DNA of 64,000 nt from Escherichia coli (GTDB taxonomy: Bacteria; Pseudomonadota; Gammaproteobacteria; Enterobacterales; Enterobacteriaceae), in assembly GCF_003334405.1 (NCBI RefSeq), contig NZ_QOWM01000011.1. One strand, 5' to 3'. The position numbers were made by a program, and so were the translations under genes. This document shows positions 56,881 through 64,000 of the stretch, piece after piece. The first letter of the stretch is position 1; every line of letters starts with the position of its first letter. Below the pieces are notes generated by a model. That model saw nothing but the letters and a program-made list of their open reading frames with translations, did no database searches and was not told the origin of the DNA.

Positions 56881-57633
56881 TCAGATAACGTCGATTTCAG
56901 CGACTGACGGGTAAATCCAGCTGGGGCGGAAAGGCATACTGTCGATATCGTCGAGCGACGAAACACCAGAAAGCACCAGAATCGTCTCCAGACCTGCCTG
57001 GAAGCCGGCCAGAATATCGGTACGCAGGTTATCGCCGACAATCACCGTTTCTTCCGAATGCGCCTGCATTTTGTTTAATGCTGCGCGGATGATCCACGGG
57101 CTGGGCTTACCAACATAGAACGGTTTGCGCCCGGAGATTTTCTCAATCCCTGCACACAACGCGCCACAAGCGGGATAAAAACCGCGCCCGTGGGTGTCCG
57201 GATTGGTGGCGATAAAACGTGCACCGTTAGCGACGAAATAGGCTGCTTTATGCATCATGTCCCAGTTGTAGGAACGCGTTTCGCCAACAATCACGAAATC
57301 AGGGTTCACATCGGTAATAGTGAAACCGGCTTTGTACAGTTCATGAATCAGTGCGCCTTCGCCCACCACATACGCTTTCTTGCCTTCCTGGCGACGCAGG
57401 AAATCGGCAGTCGCCATCGCAGAGGTATAAAACACGCTGTCAGGTACATCGACACCTGCGGTGGCAAAGCGGTTCGCCAGATCTTGCCCAGTCTGCGAAG
57501 GATAGTTGGTCAGCAACACCAGCGGCAGGCCTTTATCCATAATCCCGTGCAAAAATTCCGCTGCACCCGGTACGGCGACGTTATCGTGCATCAGCACGCC
57601 GTCGATATCGCAAATTACATTTTTAATGGTCAT
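56881..57633 (-). CDS. umpH: HAD-superfamily UMP phosphatase
   Basis: 250-aa ORF with the HAD motif I DIDGVL. Confidence 0.9.
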   Translation of the reverse strand: MTIKNVICDIDGVLMHDNVAVPGAAEFLHGIMDKGLPLVLLTNYPSQTGQDLANRFATAGVDVPDSVFYTSAMATADFLRRQEGKKAYVVGEGALIHELYKAGFTITDVNPDFVIVGETRSYNWDMMHKAAYFVANGARFIATNPDTHGRGFYPACGALCAGIEKISGRKPFYVGKPSPWIIRAALNKMQAHSEETVIVGDNLRTDILAGFQAGLETILVLSGVSSLDDIDSMPFRPSWIYPSVAEIDVI

Positions 57634-57680
57634 GGACTACCCAGAATATTGACAACAATAAGCGCCACTATAAAAGCACA

Positions 57681-58901
57681 TTAATTTTCCAGCAAATGCT
57701 GGAGCAAAATACCGTTGAGCATGGCGCGTTTTACCAGCGCAAAAGCGCCGATTGCCGAGCGGTGATCCAGCTCAGAACGTACCACCGGCAGATTAGTGCG
57801 AAACGCCTTCAGCGCCTGGGTATTAATGCAGCTTTCAATAGCAGGGAGCAGCACTTTATCGGCTTCGGTGATTTCACCGGCAATAACAATTTTTTGCGGA
57901 TTAAATAAGTTGATAGCAATGGCGATGGTTTTACCCAGATGACGACCGACATACTCAATTACTTCCGACGCCAGACTATCGCCTTTGTTCGCGGCTTTGC
58001 AGATAGTTTTGATGGTGCAGTCGTCCAGCGGCACGCGGCTCTGGTAGCCCTGCTTTAACAGATTCAACACCCGTTGTTCAATGGCAGCGTTGGCAGCGAT
58101 AGTTTCCAGGCAGCCAAAGTTGCCGCAGTGGCAGCGTTCACCCAGCGGTTCGACCTGAATATGGCCAATTTCACCGACGTTGCCGTTGCGGCCAATAAAA
58201 ATGCGCCCGTTAGAGATAATCCCGGCCCCGGTTCCGCGATGGACACGCACCAGAATGGAGTCTTCGCAATCCTGACTTGCACCGAAGTAGTGCTCCGCCA
58301 GCGCCAGACTACGGATATCGTGACCAACGAAACAGGTCACTTTAAAACGTTCTTCCAGAGCTTCTACCAGCCCCCAGTTTTCTACCTGAATATGCGGCAT
58401 GTAATGAATTTTGCCGCTGTCCGGGTCAACAAGCCCTGGCAGGATCACCGAAATCGCGATCAGCTCGCGCAGTTTGCGCTGGTAGCTATCAATAAACTGA
58501 GCAATGGCATTCAACAGGGCATGTTCCAGCGTTTGCTGGGTACGTTCCGGCAGCGGGTAATGTTCTTCTGCCAGCACTTTGCTGCTGAGATCAAACAGAG
58601 TGATGGTGGCGTCATGACGACCAAGCCGTACGCCGATTGCGTGGAAATTGCGGGTTTCGGTGACGATGGAGATAGCGCGGCGGCCCCCGGTGGAGGCCTG
58701 CTGATCAACTTCTTTGATCAGCCCGCGTTCGATAAGCTGACGCGTAATTTTGGTTACGCTGGCGGGGGCAAGCTGGCTTTGCTCGGCAATCTGAATCCGC
58801 GAGATTGGCCCGTACTGGTCAATCAGGCGATAAACCGCCGCGCTGTTAAGCTGTTTTACGAGATCAACATTACCTATCTGAGCTTGTCCGCCTGGTGTCA
58901 T
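57681..58901 (-). CDS. nagC: N-acetylglucosamine repressor (ROK family)
   Basis: 406-aa ORF with an N-terminal HTH and ROK sugar-kinase-like fold. Confidence 0.95.
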   Translation of the reverse strand: MTPGGQAQIGNVDLVKQLNSAAVYRLIDQYGPISRIQIAEQSQLAPASVTKITRQLIERGLIKEVDQQASTGGRRAISIVTETRNFHAIGVRLGRHDATITLFDLSSKVLAEEHYPLPERTQQTLEHALLNAIAQFIDSYQRKLRELIAISVILPGLVDPDSGKIHYMPHIQVENWGLVEALEERFKVTCFVGHDIRSLALAEHYFGASQDCEDSILVRVHRGTGAGIISNGRIFIGRNGNVGEIGHIQVEPLGERCHCGNFGCLETIAANAAIEQRVLNLLKQGYQSRVPLDDCTIKTICKAANKGDSLASEVIEYVGRHLGKTIAIAINLFNPQKIVIAGEITEADKVLLPAIESCINTQALKAFRTNLPVVRSELDHRSAIGAFALVKRAMLNGILLQHLLEN

Positions 58902-58909
58902 ACTTTCTC

Positions 58910-60918
<2,009 letters not shown>

Positions 60919-61010
60919 TATTCACCTCAATAAGTAAAATGTAAGCCGTTGGCGGATTAGGCATCTTTAAGCGTAACCTGGATTTGCGCAGACAGGCGTC
61001 AATCCGACCT

Positions 61011-61033
61011 GATTTTTTGAATGATAAAATAAG
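61011..61033. promoter_or_regulatory. Putative NagC operator, nagB-proximal
   Basis: AT-rich pseudo-palindrome gattttttgaatgataaaataag, about 95 bp from the second box. Confidence 0.35.
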
Positions 61034-61077
61034 TTTTCTGGTTTAGCCAGTAAAAGGGAGTGATGATAACGATATTT

Positions 61078-61093
61078 GGTGACAAAACTCACA
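61078..61093. promoter_or_regulatory. Putative CRP binding site in the nagE-nagB divergent region
   Basis: GGTGA-caaaac-TCACA matches TGTGA-N6-TCACA at 9 of 10 positions. Confidence 0.45.
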
Positions 61094-61106
61094 AAAGACA
61101 CGCGTT

Positions 61107-61128
61107 TAATTTGCGATACGAATTAAAT
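61107..61128. promoter_or_regulatory. Putative NagC operator, nagE-proximal
   Basis: Pseudo-palindrome ttaatttgcgatacgaattaaa resembling NagC/Mlc-type operators. Confidence 0.4.
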
Positions 61129-61250
61129 TTTCACACACTCTGTAGCAGATGATCTAACAATCTGATTACAGAACATCGGCAGTACAATTTGCAGCAAAAT
61201 AAAAATACGGCTTGAAACGAGCCAAATAGGGTTCTCGTAGGGGGAATAAG

Positions 61251-63197
61251 ATGAATATTTTAGGTTTTTTCCAGCGACTCGGTAGGGCGTTACAGCTCCC
61301 TATCGCGGTGCTGCCGGTGGCGGCACTGTTGCTGCGATTCGGTCAGCCAGATTTACTTAACGTTGCGTTTATTGCCCAGGCGGGCGGTGCGATTTTTGAT
61401 AACCTCGCATTAATCTTCGCCATCGGTGTGGCATCCAGCTGGTCGAAAGACAGCGCTGGTGCGGCGGCGCTGGCGGGTGCGGTAGGTTACTTTGTGTTAA
61501 CCAAAGCGATGGTGACCATCAACCCAGAAATTAACATGGGTGTACTGGCGGGTATCATTACCGGTCTGGTTGGTGGCGCAGCCTATAACCGTTGGTCCGA
61601 TATTAAACTGCCGGACTTCCTGAGCTTCTTCGGCGGCAAACGCTTTGTGCCGATTGCCACCGGATTCTTCTGCCTGGTGCTGGCGGCCATTTTTGGTTAC
61701 GTCTGGCCGCCGGTACAGCACGCTATCCATGCAGGCGGCGAGTGGATCGTTTCTGCGGGCGCGCTGGGTTCCGGTATCTTTGGTTTCATCAACCGTCTGC
61801 TGATCCCAACCGGTCTGCATCAGGTACTGAACACCATCGCCTGGTTCCAGATTGGTGAATTCACCAACGCGGCGGGTACGGTTTTCCACGGTGACATTAA
61901 CCGCTTCTATGCCGGTGACGGCACCGCGGGGATGTTCATGTCCGGCTTCTTCCCGATCATGATGTTCGGTCTGCCGGGTGCGGCGCTGGCGATGTACTTC
62001 GCAGCACCGAAAGAGCGTCGTCCGATGGTTGGCGGTATGCTGCTTTCTGTTGCTGTTACTGCGTTCCTGACCGGTGTGACTGAGCCGCTGGAATTCCTGT
62101 TCATGTTCCTTGCTCCGCTGCTGTACCTCCTGCACGCACTGCTGACCGGTATCAGCCTGTTTGTGGCAACGCTGCTGGGTATCCACGCGGGCTTCTCTTT
62201 CTCTGCGGGGGCTATCGACTACGCGTTGATGTATAACCTGCCGGCCGCCAGCCAGAACGTCTGGATGCTGCTGGTGATGGGCGTTATCTTCTTCGCTATC
62301 TACTTCGTGGTGTTCAGTTTGGTTATCCGCATGTTCAACCTGAAAACGCCGGGTCGTGAAGATAAAGAAGACGAGATCGTTACTGAAGAAGCCAACAGCA
62401 ACACTGAAGAAGGTCTGACTCAACTGGCAACCAACTATATTGCTGCGGTTGGCGGCACTGACAACCTGAAAGCGATTGACGCCTGTATCACCCGTCTGCG
62501 CCTTACAGTGGCTGACTCTGCCCGCGTTAACGATACGATGTGTAAACGTCTGGGTGCTTCTGGGGTAGTGAAACTGAACAAACAGACTATTCAGGTGATT
62601 GTTGGCGCGAAAGCAGAATCCATCGGCGATGCGATGAAGAAAGTCGTTGCCCGTGGTCCGGTAGCCGCTGCGTCAGCTGAAGCAACTCCGGCAACTGCCG
62701 CGCCTGTAGCAAAACCGCAGGCTGTACCAAACGCGGTATCTATCGCGGAGCTGGTATCGCCGATTACCGGTGATGTCGTGGCACTGGATCAGGTTCCTGA
62801 CGAAGCATTCGCCAGCAAAGCGGTGGGTGACGGTGTGGCGGTGAAACCGACAGATAAAATCGTCGTATCACCAGCCGCAGGGACAATCGTGAAAATCTTC
62901 AACACCAACCACGCGTTCTGCCTGGAAACCGAAAAAGGCGCGGAGATCGTCGTCCATATGGGTATCGACACCGTAGCGCTGGAAGGTAAAGGCTTTAAAC
63001 GTCTGGTGGAAGAGGGTGCGCAGGTAAGCGCAGGGCAACCGATTCTGGAAATGGATCTGGATTACCTGAACGCTAACGCCCGCTCGATGATTAGCCCGGT
63101 GGTTTGCAGCAATATCGACGATTTCAGTGGCTTGATCATTAAAGCTCAGGGCCATGTTGTGGCGGGTCAAACACCGCTGTATGAAATCAAAAAGTAA
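61251..63197 (+). CDS. nagE: PTS N-acetylglucosamine-specific EIICBA component
   Basis: 648-aa ORF with N-terminal EIIC membrane domain, EIIB cysteine region (CITRLR) and C-terminal EIIA. Confidence 0.95.
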   Translation: MNILGFFQRLGRALQLPIAVLPVAALLLRFGQPDLLNVAFIAQAGGAIFDNLALIFAIGVASSWSKDSAGAAALAGAVGYFVLTKAMVTINPEINMGVLAGIITGLVGGAAYNRWSDIKLPDFLSFFGGKRFVPIATGFFCLVLAAIFGYVWPPVQHAIHAGGEWIVSAGALGSGIFGFINRLLIPTGLHQVLNTIAWFQIGEFTNAAGTVFHGDINRFYAGDGTAGMFMSGFFPIMMFGLPGAALAMYFAAPKERRPMVGGMLLSVAVTAFLTGVTEPLEFLFMFLAPLLYLLHALLTGISLFVATLLGIHAGFSFSAGAIDYALMYNLPAASQNVWMLLVMGVIFFAIYFVVFSLVIRMFNLKTPGREDKEDEIVTEEANSNTEEGLTQLATNYIAAVGGTDNLKAIDACITRLRLTVADSARVNDTMCKRLGASGVVKLNKQTIQVIVGAKAESIGDAMKKVVARGPVAAASAEATPATAAPVAKPQAVPNAVSIAELVSPITGDVVALDQVPDEAFASKAVGDGVAVKPTDKIVVSPAAGTIVKIFNTNHAFCLETEKGAEIVVHMGIDTVALEGKGFKRLVEEGAQVSAGQPILEMDLDYLNANARSMISPVVCSNIDDFSGLIIKAQGHVVAGQTPLYEIKK

Positions 63198-63399
63198 TCT
63201 GCTTTATGCCTGATGCGACGCTTGAGCGTCGCATCCAACAATGACAAGCGGTGGAGATCTTCTCTGCCGCTTTTTTTTTCATCAATCATCCCCATAATCC
63301 TTGTTAGATTATCAATTTTAAAAAACTAACAGTTGTCAGCCTGTCCCGCTTATAAGATCATACGCCGTTATACGTTGTTTACGCTTTGAGGAATCCACG

Positions 63400-64000
63400 A
63401 TGAGTGAGGCAGAAGCCCGCCCGACTAACTTTATCCGTCAGATCATCGATGAAGATCTGGCCAGTGGTAAGCACACCACAGTACACACCCGTTTCCCGCC
63501 GGAGCCGAATGGCTATCTGCATATTGGCCATGCGAAATCTATCTGCCTGAACTTCGGGATCGCCCAGGACTATAAAGGCCAGTGCAACCTGCGTTTCGAC
63601 GACACTAACCCGGTAAAAGAAGATATCGAGTATGTTGAGTCGATCAAAAACGACGTAGAGTGGTTAGGTTTTCACTGGTCTGGTAACGTCCGTTACTCCT
63701 CCGATTATTTTGATCAGCTCCACGCCTATGCGATCGAACTGATCAATAAAGGCCTGGCGTACGTTGATGAACTGACGCCGGAACAGATCCGCGAATACCG
63801 CGGCACCCTGACGCAACCGGGTAAAAACAGCCCGTACCGCGACCGCAGCGTTGAAGAGAACCTGGCGCTGTTCGAAAAAATGCGTGCCGGTGGTTTTGAA
63901 GAAGGTAAAGCCTGCCTGCGTGCGAAAATCGACATGGCTTCACCGTTTATCGTGATGCGCGATCCGGTGCTGTACCGTATTAAATTTGCTGAACACCACC
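63400..64000 (+). CDS. glnS: Glutaminyl-tRNA synthetase, 5' part (runs off the window)
   Basis: Open frame from ATG 63400 (GAGGAA Shine-Dalgarno upstream) translating [20 protein letters not shown]... with class I HIGH motif (LHIGHAKS); no stop before the window end. Confidence 0.9.

Overview
This window reads as a contiguous, gene-dense stretch of an Escherichia coli (K-12-like) chromosome, almost entirely core housekeeping. Gene identities are recognised from the translated ORFs and conserved motifs, from memory; no database search was run. Order: 3' end of ahpF, uspG, ybdR, rnk, rna, the complete anaerobic citrate locus (citT-citG-citX-citF-citE-citD-citC, divergent from citA/dpiB-citB/dpiA), dcuC, pagP, cspE, crcB, frameshifted ybeM, tatE, lipA, ybeF, lipB, ybeD, the cell-wall cluster dacA-rlpA-mrdB-mrdA-rlmH-rsfS, cobC-nadD-holA-lptE-leuS, ybeL, an accessory Hsp70 island (ybeQ-ybeR-djlB-ybeT-ybeU-djlC-hscC), rihA, gltLKJI with the SroC region, lnt-corC-ybeY-ybeZ-miaB, ubiF, a five-gene tRNA operon (Gln-Met-Gln-Leu-Met), asnB, umpH(nagD)-nagC-nagA-nagB, divergent nagE, and the 5' part of glnS. 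I see no CRISPR array, IS element, integrase or prophage. The best candidate for a poorly understood system is the roughly 7.8 kb Hsp70 island: two paralogous modules (Sel1-repeat protein divergent from a DUF1266 protein translationally coupled to a tail-anchored J-like protein) plus a dedicated Hsp70, with a non-canonical HPE motif in both J-like domains. Other observations: the tRNA operon appears contracted relative to reference K-12, ybeZ probably starts at TTG, ybeM is frameshifted, and an intrinsic terminator abuts the gltJ ribosome-binding site. Coordinates of starts are taken from the ORF track frames; features I located by reading the sequence (tRNAs, hairpins, binding sites) may be off by 1-2 nt.
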